This document shows, in pieces, positions 26,310 through 39,542 of a stretch of 64,000 nucleotides of DNA. Made by a program: the position numbers and the translations under genes. Location: contig JAUCBJ010004493.1 of NCBI GenBank assembly GCA_032718475.1, positions 1-64,000 on the forward strand, read 5' to 3'. The DNA comes from Nemertoderma westbladi. Its lineage: Eukaryota; Animalia; Xenacoelomorpha. Position 1 is the first letter of the stretch, and the number at the start of each line of letters is the position of its first letter. The notes under the pieces were generated by a model. The model did no database searches and was not told the origin of the DNA. It worked only from the letters and a program-made list of their open reading frames with translations.

Positions 26310-28745
26310 GAGAACTAATGAGCCGTGGAGGCGTTTGGCTCCTTCTAGTGATTCCAATAATACTCCTGGGCCATGAGTCTTTATCAGTAAAGTGCTTGGC
26401 TGGATTCGTCTTCTGAGCCGGTAGGGGTTGTTACAATTACCATCACTCCATCTTTATTACGATGGTCTAAGGACTTCGTAGAACATATTCATCCGCAATT
26501 ATGAATAAGAATGATTCGAATGTGAAACTCCGAATAACTCTCCATGAAACCTAGAGTAAATCTATATTATCATCAGCATTAGTCACAAATGTCGTCGTAC
26601 CAGCGTATAACAAGGAATCCCGTTGCTCCAAATATGTAGAACATACGTGATCGGAGGAGTGAATCGAAGGGCTTAAAGTCAAATAAGTCTACAAATGTTA
26701 AAAAACATAATAGACATAGATGTCTTCGTTTATAACTCTTAAACTATCCTAAATGGTCCCACGACCTTTACAGAACCCATTCTGATTTCCACGTAGCAGT
26801 CTCTCAATGGGATCCCTGATGCGATTTAATAGAATTCTATTGTATAGCTTTCTATCAATAGGTATCAACGAGATTCAACAAAAAGATTCCTAGAGTGTTT
26901 GCTAGGTTGCACTTTTTAGGATTGGCACAACTCATTCGTTCTTCATAATCCTTTTTTTGTTCTTGGGGTCTATGAGGGATGGGCTGAAGGAGCTCCAAAT
27001 ACTCAGGTATTTTAAAGAACCCAGGGGCGACATCATCTACTTCACTGACACGATATCGTCCAGGTGGTCGTAATGCTCTTTACAGCAATCTGGTCTTCGG
27101 CAGACGTGACGTTGATGTCAGAAATAGATACATCTGCGAGCATATTGATACACATATATGTATCACCATGGAATGCTATATAGAGATCTTTGTGATAGCA
27201 TTCCATTGTATCACAAAGTTATAAATCTTTATCCTGTAATTGTTAAGGAGCTTCTCTAATTGGCCCTTCAACATTTGAGGCGATCAACTGGAAATTCAGC
27301 CTTAACCTTAGTATGCCCTTCCGCCCAGTCAACTACGAAACTCAACATATCTGCGATTTATGTATGACCACTGGGTTCAGTATGAGTCCACAGCTTTCCA
27401 GATCGCTTCTAGTTCTGGGTCCCAGTCGAAAACAAACCATTTCCATCTGATGAAATACTAAAGATAGACAAAATTTCGGTTTACACTATTGCTGTAGACC
27501 CTTGGCTTGCCCTAGCCTTAGGAAACTTTTCAGTCAGTCTTCTAGGACATGAGAAGTGGCAACAATCGGTGCGTTGGGTGTTGCAAATTAACATTAACAC
27601 ACTAAAAGGTTTAATATTTTTCCACACTTGAGTATCGCGTACTTTCATGGCAATATGCACAAAATCCTTATGGTGTAGATGACCTGAAATAATCAATACA
27701 TATACACCATCTCCCTTAAACAACAACCATTTTTAGCAAGTCAGAGCCCCCCCCCCCCCCCCCACCCCCCACCCCGCCCCCCTGATTCATCCTGATGTTT
27801 CGTGAATTTTCTCCTGAGTTTTCTGACCTTTGTCGTATTCGGATCTTCGTCCCATTCGGACCTTCGCCCCATTCGGACCTTCGTCCCATTCGGACTTTCG
27901 TCACATTCGAACCTTCGTCCCATTCGGACCTTCGCCCCATTCGGACCTTCGCCCCATTCGGACCTTCGTCCCATTCGGACCTTCGTCCCATTCGGACCTT
28001 CGCCCCATTCGGACCTTCATCCCATTCGGACCTTCGTCCCATTCGAACCTTCGTCCCATTCGAACCTTCATCCCATTCGGACCTTCGCCCCATTCGGACC
28101 TTCGCCCCATTCGGACCTTCGTCCCATTCGGACCGCCGTTCTGGAACCAAGAAGAGTTGTCGAACATCATACCAATGTTCGTAACATAGCATTTAAATTT
28201 GAAAATAATTGGGGGGGGGGGGGGGGGGGGGGGGGTGGGGCGGCTCCGACTTACTAAACATGGTTGTTGTTTTAAGGGAGGTGGTATATAGCATAAGAAC
28301 CTTTTCTATCAGAGTATCTTCCACATGACTCTGACATGGTGATGAAAATATGATTTGCTTTTTATGGGATTGAAGTTTTATGGTATCCAGGGTGATAGTA
28401 TTGCTGCAATTTATCTTGTCTGATTGTTATATGACGTTTTTACCATACCTGATGCTAACTCACAAACGGTTGAGGAACTTTGGGGAGTACAAGTTTTTTT
28501 TAGCACATTTTGTATTCTCTTGGTGCCGAAGATACCATGGGGAGAATTTATTTTATACAAAAATAATATTCATGGAGTTCAGTGTTCTAGTGGTGTAATG
28601 GAATTCTCGTGCTCCTTGGCACGATAAGCTCCTAAAACGGCTTTGAATCTCAAAAAGGTTCCAGGGAGTACTTCACTTCGCTTGCGTTTTGGTTCTCCGG
28701 CTAACATAAAATATTTCCACTAGTCCTTCAACACGGTCCTTCAAT
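26310..28745 (-). mobile_element. Heavily decayed RTE LINE (RT region 26310-26940; probable endonuclease remnants upstream)
   Basis: The reverse complement aligns to 9020-9560 (ATTGAGAGACTGCT.CGTGGAAATCAGAATGGGTTC.GTAAAGGTCGTGGGACCAT). The boundary beyond 26940 is tentative. Confidence 0.65.
27705..28286. mobile_element. MITE with TATA flanks, containing a 17-bp tandem array (CCCATTCGGACCTTCGY)n at about 27840-28135
   Basis: TIR ACCA(T/C)CTCCCTTAAA(A)CAACAACCAT.TTTAG.AAGTC.GAGCC at both ends. Confidence 0.8.
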
Positions 28746-29092
28746 GACTTGTTATTTACGGACATCCACAACTTTTTAATATAGTACAAAAACACAGTGA
28801 TAATCTGTTCTTCCCAAATAGTACTATATATTGCTTCCTTCTAACAAGTAAAATAACGTACTGTAATACTGTAGAAAAACCTCTGCGGTGAGGAAAATAT
28901 AGAAACCGGGTGAGGGAACCTTTGGATCCGTTAGGATCCAAAGTATAGCCTCAAAAATAATCCAAAATGCAGAGAAAAATATAGTATTTTTAGCCGTTTT
29001 GTTTTGCTAAAAATACACCGGAAAAAATATACAAATAAAGGGCAAAGAAAATCTAATAATTGTGAAAAAACGTCTATAAAAACTATAAGCAG

Positions 29093-29429
29093 CGCCAGCC
29101 GGTTAGGATCTACCGCCTGTCTGTCTCACATGGCCTGACGGTCGGCCTGACATACAGTGTGTCAGTAAATGGTGCAGGGTGTGCACGTCAGCACACGACC
29201 GGTACCTGCCGACTGCACAGCTGCTGGTACCGTAGCTGCACTGTGTTACCTACATCCTACCGTAGCCGCACTGCGTTACCTAGTTAGGGTCTGCTGCTAT
29301 ACGCTATTGTTCCGTTGCGTTATACATATATATGATATTATATTATACGTACACGTCGCAGTTGCATTCACCTCGTTATTCCCGTTAACCCTTACCACGA
29401 GACTTCCCCATCTTGCCTTACTTCTGGCG
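29093..29429 (+). repeat. Gypsy 5' LTR (CGCCAG...CTGGCG)
   Basis: Direct repeat of 34580-34919, with about 10 substitutions and 2 indels by eye. Confidence 0.92.
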
Positions 29430-32400
29430 TGGTGGCATTGTTGTTTTCTGTCTCCCGCCTCATTCTACTCACCATAGCAGCAGATCTCTCACCTGACCAC
29501 TCACACACAGCATGGCGTTTACAGGAGTGTTAAAGTCTCCCAAACTCTTACTGCTCGATAAATCCGAGACAATTAATTCCTTTGAGGTGTGGCGGCACAA
29601 CCTCACGTACTCTCTCACACTTCAACCCCTGTTCAGCCAGTTTACCACGCCCGGTGTGCCACATGGCCGCTCCACTCCGCGGGTTCACCGACGATCCGCA
29701 CACCGTCGCCGAGGCTGCGCGCCGCACCGCAGTACAGAAGGCCGCCACCCTAGACTTGATGCTGGGCCAGGTGGCGAAATACGCCCCTATCATTGCCCGC
29801 AACACCATAGTCCACGACTCTACCTCCTTGCCTTCCATCTGGCAAGCTATCCGCCTCCACTACGGATTCCAGGCCACGGTCACCCATTTCCTCGCGTTCA
29901 GCGAGATCACCTTGCAACATGAGGAATGCCCCGAGGACTTGTTCCAACGTCTCTCAGCGTTCGTAGACGATAGCCTCCTCCATCAGGATGGTGGAATCTC
30001 CCACCACGGCATCATCCCTCCCGAGGACGAAGAGCTTTACCCCACCCTTGAGAACTTTATCATCTTAGTTTGGCTTCGTCTGCTCCATCCAGATCTCCCA
30101 CGACTCGTCCAGCAATGGTACGGGACCGAACTTCATTCCCGAACCCTGGCAAGCATAAAGCCTGAGGTTTCTCAAGTGCTTTCCTCGATGTTGGACGAAC
30201 TCCATACAACGGCCAAAGTCCGCACTTTCCGTGCTCAGACCCGGCGACCACCGCCACCACCCGCAATCCGCGGTTCCAGTCGATCTACATGCCGGTGCCC
30301 CCTGAGCACACAGACGAAATGTTCAAGTACCGACAGCCGCCTCAGCAGTTGCCCTTTCTTCCCTCCCGCCGACAAGCGTTTCATATCTCGAGCACGCCTC
30401 GTCCATGTCAATGGAGACAAAGAGTTCGGTGATCAACCCGAGGATGATCCCGATCCAGTCCCAACACCGACCTCCGATCCCTCGGTTAATGTTTGTGGCC
30501 GTACGACCTAGTCCTTTGTTTGTCGCCCACTACGAGCACAAACCTGTCAACGTCCTCCTTGACTGTGGTGCCGAGTCCGATCTGATCGTACACGACACCG
30601 CCATCCGCCTAGGCATCCCCATCACCCTGGGCTCCCGACAAGTACCCATGAAAGCCGACAGTTCCCCGATGCTCGATGTCATCGGCGAAACCTCGTTCAA
30701 CCTCACATACGACGACCTTAGCCTCCCCTTCCGCGGCCTCGTCGTTGAAAGCCTTAGCGTTCCGCTTCTTGCGGGTACAGTCATCAATCGTCCTACCGGT
30801 AGAATCCCTCTCCCTCCCAGCCCACCTACACGAGTCCTCTGACCTCCTCATATCCCCACACATAGCCAACAGCCCCACCCGCTTCACCACTCAGTCTTGG
30901 TTCACGCACATGCATCTCCAACCCCTCGCTATCACTATCCCGAACCTATCCCCCGGTCCTGTGTTCATCCAACGCAACTCACACGTCTGTTCCGTCCTTC
31001 CTACCACACTCGCACCCATTAACTCCACTACCCAGTCACTCCCGTCCCCCGAAATCCGCACTGTAGTCGCACACCCTGCACCTGCCGCCACATCCAAATC
31101 CCACATCAGCGCAGTCCAACTAGATCCCAACAACATCCTCACCCACCAGGAACGCGCCTCCTTCCACGATGTACTGGAACAATACGTGGCCGTGTTCGAC
31201 CCTCAGTATCCCGGCTACGGCTCAGCCGGTCCATTCAAGGCCGTCATCAACGTTTCTCCCACGTTACCCCCACAGCACAAAGGTTGCATCCCGCAATACG
31301 CCCGCGATCGCCTTGTAGAACTCCAAGAACAGTTCGATTCACTCGAACGCCTCGGCATTTTCATCCGCCCCGAGTTCGCCGGCATCACCATTGAATACCT
31401 CAACCCGAGCTTCCTCGTCGCCAAACCCAAAGGCGGCTCCTGGTTGGCTACCCCATTTACTGAGATCGCACGCTATTGTAAACCCCAACCCGCGTTCCTC
31501 CCCGACGTCGAGTCAACCATCCGTTTCCTTGGACGGTTTAAATACCTCATCAAAGCAGATCTCACCAGCGCCTTCTACCAGATTCCTCTCCAATGTGAGT
31601 CAATGCGCTTCTGCGGAGTATCCACTCCCTTCCGCGGCATGTGCGTGTACAGGCTCTGCGCCATGGGCATGCCCGGCAGCGAAACTGCACTCGAGGAACT
31701 TATGTCCCGAGTCCTTGGCGACCTTCTCATCCAGGGATCTGTCGTCAAACTGCCAACGACATATATTGCGGCGGCGACACCATCCACGAACTCCTCCCGA
31801 ACTTCACACAGCTCCTCCACGCCCTCCATCGCGCTGACTTATGCCTATCCGCCAAGAAGACGTTTATCTGCCCTCAGACCACCACCATTGTAGGTTGGTC
31901 GTGTTCCAATGGTTCGTTATCCGCATCTACCCATATCACGACCGCATTGTCCCGGTGTCCCATCCCAGCCACAGTTTGGGATCTCCATTCATACCTAGGA
32001 TCTTACAAGATTCTCACCCGCATCCTCCCGCACTGCTCCGCACTCATGGCCCCACTCGAGTCCCTCATTATACCCAAACCCGGCGATTCTGTCAATTGGT
32101 CGCCCGAGCTTAACACAGCCTTCCACCGCTCCCAAGCCGCAATCCAGTCATGCCGGTCCATCACCATCCCGCGTCCCAGCGACGAACTCTTCCTCGTTAC
32201 AGATGCTGCGCCATCCGTCGACGGTCTAGGTGCAGTGTTGTATTCTAAACGCGGTAAGGAACTCCTCTCCGGCTTTTACTCTGCCAAGCTAAAGGCCCAC
32301 CAGCGAACCTGGCTCCCATGCGAGTTAGAAGCACTCACCATTGCTGCCGCAGTACAACACTTCCTCCCGTATTTCATTAGCTCCTCCAAGCAGTCGCATG

Positions 32401-34579
32401 TCCTCACCGACAGTAAACCCTGCATTGAGGCATACAAAAAGCTGTCCCGCTGCGCTTACTCCAACAGTCCCCGCCTGTCAACCTTTCTATCTATCGCTAG
32501 CCAGGCCCAAGTCACTATCTCCCACATCAAGGGAACCACTAACCTACCGGCCGACTTTCAGAGTCGCAACATTGAACCGTGCTCTCTCCCGGCATGTCAG
32601 GTTTGTTCCTTTGTCGCATCCGTCGCTGAGTCCCCCATAGTACGTCTCACGACACAGCCACCAGGTAGTCCGCCCCCCTACCTGTCCCCAAGGTGCTCGC
32701 GTCCACAGAGTTGGGTGACCCGCGCCCCCTCTATGCTAGCCAACTCGCGTGGCTGGCTACCCAACGTGAGTGCGCCGATCTCATCCACATTGCAGAACAT
32801 CTTGCGTCCGGCACACGACCTTCCAAGCGTATTACCGACAAACGTGATATTAAACGGTACCTGGGCATCTGCTCCCTTGCCCCCTCCGGTCTCATAGTCA
32901 TCCACCGCCAGTGCCCATTCACATCCCCCTACGACGTTATTGTCGTACCCCGGTCCGCCCTTGCGGGACTCCTTACCTCCCTCCACCTCGAGTTGCTACA
33001 CCCGTCCCGGGCCCAGCTCCGTAATACCTTCTCCCGATACTTCCACGCACTAGATCTCGACCGCGCCCTTAACGAAGTATCTGCCCAGTGCCACCAATGC
33101 ATCGCCCTGGCAACGGCCCCCCCTCGCGTAGTACCCCAGTCCTCCCTCGATCCACCCCCTGTCGTTGGCCAGTCATTTGCCGCCGATGTCTTCCGCCGCC
33201 ATTCACAGCGGATCCTTCTTATCCGCGAAACTGTGTCATCCTACACTAATGCCGTCATCATTCCCGACGAACAACAGGACACTCTGCGCGACGCCCTAAT
33301 AACCCTGGCCTTTGGTATGTGTCCCCTTATCGGCCCCCTCGCCGTCATCCGGACCGACCCAGGCCCAGGCTTTCAGGCCCTTGTTGGTGACCCCACCCTC
33401 AAGTCCCACCACCTCCTCCACAAAGTTGGCGCCCGGAAGAATATTAACAAAAATCCTCTCGCCGAACACGCCATCGGAGAACTGCAAGCCGAGCTACTTA
33501 AGCTCCATCCCTCCGGCGGACCTTGCCACATCTCTTGCCATTGCGGTGGCCCTCCTTAACGCCCGACTCCGTGCTCCCGGGCTGTCCACACGCAAGATCC
33601 TCTTCCAGCATAATCAATTTACCGGTGACCAACTCCCATTGGACAACACTGCGATCATCGCCGCCCAACACGACCATAACCTTGCCAACTACGCGGCAAG
33701 CGCGCGCTCCAAGGTTCACCGTCCTACCCAGGTTCACCGCCCTCAATGTGGGCGACCTTGTACACCTCTACGTTGACACCCCCCGCTTAGGCCTCGCCCC
33801 CGGTATATCGTTAGCGCTACAGATGGCACATGGTGCTCCATTCGCAAGTTTACAGGCACCCAACTCTGCGCACATGCCTACAGGGTCCCACAGGCTGACT
33901 GCTTCCTCATACCACGAATCACACAACCCACTACAGTCGTCGACCACGAGTCCGACTCCGATACCGAGTCCCTCAACGAGTCTTACCTAGCCAGGTCCCT
34001 GGCAGAGGAACCCACCAGGAACCCCCTATTTCTACCGCGAGTTAGATAGTTGCGATATATACATACTGAGATCATAATCCTCCGTGGTGGCTCCAGCCGC
34101 TAACGGCGAAACAAAACCCTTTTAATGACTTTTAGTTTGATAAACTTAGGTGTATTACATACTATTTTGAAATTTTTCTTCGTCTTGTTTGTGAACATTT
34201 CGATCTAATATGGAGGTGCAACCAGTTTGCACTATCATACCACCCGCACACCGACTGTTACCAACACACCGACTGTTACCAACACCCCGATTAGTTAAGG
34301 GGATAACACATATGTACCTACTCCCAACCATACCGAGTTCGACACCTAAGTGTGTCAACTGTTTTTTTTGTACACATGATTATCATTGCTCCATTGTTAT
34401 TATAGTTGTATACTCCTATTTAGTGTGTTTATAGTTAGTTATATTACGTATGTACGCCTTACAGTTTACTTTACCCGATGTTTGTGTTGACTTTATATGA
34501 CTGGTGAATGGATGTCACCCTAGTTAGTAGTAGTTCCTGCCTCGCCTTCGGCACACAAACTGGGTAAAAAGATAAGTTA

Positions 34580-34919
34580 CGCCAGCCGGTTAGGACCTAC
34601 CGTCTGTCTGTCTCACATGGCCTGACGGTCGGCCTGACATAGGCCTACAGTGTGTCAGTACACGGTGCAGGGTGTGCACGTCGGCACACGACCGGTACCT
34701 GCCGACGGCACAGCTGCTGGTACCGTAGCTGCACTGTGTTACCTACATCCTACCGTAGCCGCACTGCGTTACCTAGTTAGGGTCTGCTGCTATACGCTAT
34801 TGTTTCGTTGCGTTATACATATATATGATATTATATTATACGTACACGTCGCAGTCGCATTCACCTCGTTATTCCCGTTCACCCTTACCACGAGACTTCC
34901 CCGTCTCTTACTTCTGGCG
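34580..34919 (+). repeat. Gypsy 3' LTR (CGCCAG...CTGGCG)
   Basis: Direct repeat of 29093-29429. Confidence 0.92.
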
Positions 34920-35529
34920 CAGGGAAAAAGTCTTAGATTGTGAATAAAAGTCTATAAAAAGTCGTAATAAACTTGTTGCAACTTCACGCTATTGGAATTT
35001 GGCGAAAGCTGTAGCCGGTAAGACCGAGTTGGGTGGGTGAGGCCGGCTAAGGATGTCTGGGATGGGATTATGAGTCATGGAATTGGGATATTGGATATAA
35101 TATTCTGAGATGAATATTACGGGGAATATATTCTGAGATGAATATTACGGTGGTATAGGGAAGAAAGGGAATAATTGTGTAGTAATTATTTCGCTTTTAA
35201 AATCAGAATCCCGAGGAAGTGTATTTTTGTATGTTTGCCTACGGAGTCGCGAAAAATCGATTACAAGTAGAGTAGAAAGTCATGAGGTACTCAAGTTATG
35301 GGCACATGACAGATCTCGAGTGAACGTTGAAAGTGTGAATAATACATTTGTCACTAAGTAAACATGAACTCAGACTTCAGAACGTCGTCTACATTCCGTG
35401 GATGAAAGATTTTGAGATGTTCCAACCCTCAAGTTAAAACGGTAATTGTTCTTCTGACAAGCAATATAACCTATTACATTTTGACGGCACAGACAGCCTG
35501 CATAGGACACTAACACATGTATGGCTATG

Positions 35530-35830
35530 TTCCAACTTGGTGTAGTGATTGCATTGAATTCACATCTCTTGTAGGTCGTGGGGTCGATCCTCACATGGGT
35601 CAGAGCAGTTTTCGTTTCGGCACGAACGCATTAAAGGGACCAGCCAGGGCGCATCTCTCTCTCTCTGCCTTGCATCCTTAAGTGGTAGCTAAATGAGTAC
35701 TGGAGTTTCCTCTGGTGAGTAAAGTTCTGGGGGACCACACTGGAAATTCGTCCTAGCGGCCGAAGAAAATTTACTTTTTTATGTTACCCCGAAAGCCTCA
35801 GAAATCTCAGAATCGCTAGTCACTATTATT
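35530..35830 (+). mobile_element. Decayed tRNA-derived SINE
   Basis: A-box-like TGGTGTAGTGA, B-box-like GGTCGATCC and a conserved core GCCTTGCATCCT...GTAGCTAAATGAGTAC related to the SINE at 53540-53773. Confidence 0.6.
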
Positions 35831-35963
35831 AGGTAAGAATTAGCTATTATCTTTTTCCTCTTCATTATTACAGTTGACTACGTATAGGGAGGGGATAGTA
35901 GAAGTGGAGAAAATCCACCTTAGCTACTTACTTCGTCCTGCGCGAAGACCTCATGTGTATTGA

Positions 35964-36622
35964 ACTACATGAAGTGGGGCCTTCGCGCAGCACGTGACCT
36001 GATCTTATGTTAAGTGTCATGTCAACTCGAAAGAATTATAATCAAAATCTAAGGAGATGTTCCCTAATCACTTCTTTAACTTGAGGCAGTATGATGGGTA
36101 ACTGCAGTCGATTTAAGACCTCATAAAAAACTCAATCTGAGGGTCTACGATATATGTGCCATGTATCAATCAGGAAGGTAGGATTATAAACAATAATACG
36201 AAATGACTGAAAGTTTTCATTTCAGATTTTTTAAAATAACTTCATTTCAGCCCACTAGCGGTAGACTAGAGAACTGTCGATGGATTAGTGTTTGGCTATG
36301 GTCTAGCATGTATATATATTATATATACTATACCAAGTTTTAGCTTGAATGTGTAACAAATATTGAAATATGTAGCCATCTACAGGGAGACTGTTGAACT
36401 GATGTTTTATAAAGGTCTCTAAAAAATCTCAACTTTATTATTGATAATTAATTGGACTTATTGATGTCAACAAATTTTCAACTCGACAGCTTTAACTGCG
36501 ACAAAGTTATAAGCATGTTAAAATGGTAACGACAACGACGACACTACACTATTAGCAATTATTAATTCACCTCCTCAGTGTCAGTTTGCTAAGACTCCGC
36601 CAACTTCGTGGTTCGCCCCACA
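35964..36622 (+). mobile_element. HINE-like element, copy 2
   Basis: GAAGTGGGGCCTTCGCGCAGCACG ... ATACCAAGTTT ... GCTAAG...TTCGTGGTTCGCCCCACAA. Confidence 0.6.
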
Positions 36623-36703
36623 ACACAAAATGATTTTATATTTATCAGCTAGTATTATATATTGCACAACTGGTATTTTATCGATTTCCGTATAAATTCT
36701 TAC

Positions 36704-36848
36704 CTTCGGCAAATGCGATTTTCCCAGTGCGTGGGTTTATCCTTGAGAGAAATGTTGGTTCTTCTAAAGTAGTATTGTATGTTACGGGTACAGCTGCTAA
36801 GGGACCCTTATATTTCTTGCGCATTTCTTTGATAAAGTGAATTGTAGT
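36704..36848 (-). CDS. BHMT: BHMT-like exon 3
   Basis: TTTTAG acceptor and GTAAGA donor; 145 nt, phase 0 to 1; TTIHFIKEMRKKYKGPLAAVPVTYNTTLEEPTF...AFAE. Confidence 0.88.
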
Positions 36849-37763
36849 CTAAAATAAATAAAATGATCTCCTCATTAGATAGATAGATAGATTTATTTAT
36901 ACATTATGTAAAAACAATAACAAAATACACCAAACAATGTACCGGTATAAAGGTATTGTCCAACATAACATATAGGATTACCCCTAAAGCTTTGCAGCTT
37001 ATTTCCAAGGGGATCCTTTAAATATTTATTGATCCTGTTAATAAAACTACGTAACTATAATTTGCAGAAGGAGCGTTTGAGTTATTCATCAATAAGTTAT
37101 TAGGGTAAAAAGCTATTTGATTTCCATGTAATACGTTATCTTTTCCACAAAATTTCTCTCCTTGCTCGCTTTTAACTATTGTACAAAATATCCATGTACT
37201 CATTCACACCTTGTTTCCTGGTTGTACATGTTGTCTTTTCCCCGGTCGCCATGGATATGTGGCATGTTTGATAGTACCAGTAGGCCTAAATAGCAAAACT
37301 TCAACTAGTTGTGGTTGTGACTATCTCTGCGCAAACCAGAGGAGGGGTATTAGTTCAAAATAGTAGTGGGTTTTATATCGGAGCAGATATGAAGTGATAT
37401 ATATATATACTGTATATTAATTATTATTATTTTCTTTATACAGGCTTTGCTGGATGATTCCAATTTTAATTCAATTTTATTTTACTTAACGTAATTTTAT
37501 TCCACAATATTCCTCTTCCTGCGCGATTTTCACCATTGCTCCGGTCATGATTGTGACTTTCCTTAGATATTTTATCACTTCATTTATTATCACTTCATTT
37601 TTGGCTTTACGTGAATGTTTGCGCATGCCCAGCCCTGGAGCCACACACGGAAATAATGACTATTTATCACTGAACAAATTCCATGCGATTCAATCCTATT
37701 GTTTCCTTATGTTTTCACACATTTGTTGGAATCCAAAACGAATTAAATTTATAAACATCTTAC

Positions 37764-38019
37764 CTCTGGCCCAGTCCAGCAATTCATACCAATCACGTCC
37801 GCGCCTCTCTTGTGCAAATCGGCAAAAACATCGTCGAGGTTGTGATTATCCCAAGTTTCTCCGGTCACTCCTCTTGGCATGTTAATGACAGATGGAAGTC
37901 CCGCTGCTTGGATTTCCTCTAACCCGATAATGGCTTCCTCGTAGAACGTAATTGTCTCCAGAAGAATAAAGTCAGCACCTTCCTCTTTAGCCCAAGCGAC
38001 AGATTCTTTGTAGACCCGT
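37764..38019 (-). CDS. BHMT: BHMT-like exon 2
   Basis: TGCAG acceptor and GTAAGA donor; 256 nt, phase 2 to 0; WAKEEGADFILLET...GADVIGMNCWTGPE contains the first Zn-ligand Cys. Confidence 0.92.
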
Positions 38020-38383
38020 CTGCATTAAACATGTAATTTAACATACTGTATGCGCCAATAAAGTTTTGTCGCATTATTATAACATTACTTGAGTTATATA
38101 ACGACTTATGTAATTTCCTATTAAAATTTTCTACTTGGCTATCATCGCACAACGCGACAGTATACAGCATACGGCATACATCTCACGATAACCCAACATG
38201 GATACGTGTTACTGATTCTAAGAAAACAAGTGTATCAAGTACGCAAAACAATTGAAATGTTATGGTATTCAGAAATTCGTTCTAGGACGTTTCAAATGAT
38301 GATAGGATTTAATGCATAATGTATAACCTAAATAATATCTACATTGTTTCTATTTCCTATGGTGATATTGATGATTTATATAC

Positions 38384-38769
38384 CTTATCTCTTCCTTTTG
38401 TCCTGGTTTCCTTGGGTCTAGCGTTGTGTTACAAATATTTCCGGCCATTAACGTTCCGGTTTCATCAGCTACACGACGAGCCAACCGCAACGCCTTCCTG
38501 TTGATCTCCTCAAGTCGTCCTTCCATTCCCACAAGCTGGAGTTTCGTTCTATGGGCGTAGTACGTGAACGCGAGAACAACATCGCTACCGCAACGGGCAA
38601 AATCTCTGTACAGCGCCTCAACTCGCTCGGGTTCGTCCAGAATAACCCGAGGAACCCAGGATCCCATTTGCAGCAGACCCATGCGTTCGAACTGAAAGAT
38701 GTATCCCTCGGCGAGAATAATAGTATCCCCATCTCGAATGCGATCTCGGAATGACTTCACTGGTCCCAT
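38384..38769 (-). CDS. BHMT: BHMT-like exon 1 (ATG at 38769)
   Basis: [56 protein letters not shown]; GT donor at 38383-38382. The four exons join in frame to 1044 nt (347 aa). Confidence 0.92.
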
Positions 38770-39542
38770 ATTCGCCGGTACAGTATATAGTTCAAGGAGT
38801 ATTATATTATAATACTTGGCAGTTGTTTAATCTGTTCGCTCTCAATTACTCATTGGGATAATAATTATTATAAGTTAAATTTAATATTAATTATCCAAAT
38901 TTTAAATATTATTTATAAAATATATATAATGAATATAAAAAAGCAAAAAATTAACACTCCTTAGAATAGAAAGCCCTTTAAAAATATTATATTCAGAAAT
39001 GACTTTGAATAAAATATAGAGCAGTTCATAAAATAGCACCACCCCCCCCCCCCCCCCCTCCCTTGTGAGGAAGATTTTTAAATTTTTAATTCCATTCGCC
39101 AGGCCCCGCTGGTCAGCTGTCAGCAGCTCAGCACTTAAATAAATTAATAATCTCATTATTAGATAATCTATTGGGTTTCAATTGCCAAAGGTTATTTTTC
39201 GATTATTTTTAAAATGTATACGTTAAATAAAAATACAATAATAGGTAAAAAAAACATAAATTGTTTTTTTGTTACTTTTATTGATTTCTCAATTTTTTGA
39301 CAGACAAACACACAGACAGACAGAGAGACCCAGTAACTTTCAGTAATAATACAAATAAAACATTTAATTCATTTTGATTAGATGTGTTAATTTTGAGACT
39401 GCCCCCCCCCCCCTCCCCCCCTTCTGTATCTGGCCCCTCCCCTGTGAAATCCTGGCTACGCCAGTGGGGTATAGTCCTGGGGGATCAGGCGCATGGCCCA
39501 TTAACACCACACTAACTCCAGTTCAGTACGATCCTCTGCTAA

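Larger units (their letters stand above)
29093..34919 (+). mobile_element. Full-length but frameshifted Ty3/Gypsy LTR retrotransposon in BHMT intron 3 (antisense to the gene)
   Basis: Two LTRs and a TGGTGGCA PBS-like start at 29430. Domain order is Gag (29512-30511), PR (LLDCGAE), RT (DLTSAFYQIPL, GMPGSETALEELM), RNase H (TDA, ELEAL, TDSKP), IN (HxxxxHP..CHQC, D-D-E), followed by a purine tract before the 3' LTR. Confidence 0.95.

Noticed and set aside
29548-33746. Minus-strand ORFs within the Gypsy element
   Set aside because: They are shadows of the C-rich sense-strand gag-pol, with no domain motifs.
34055-34115. Ribozyme-like stretch in the Gypsy 3' region (CTGAGA...GGCGAAAC)
   Set aside because: It does not fit the CTGANGA core or HDV pairing by hand. 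An Infernal search would settle it.
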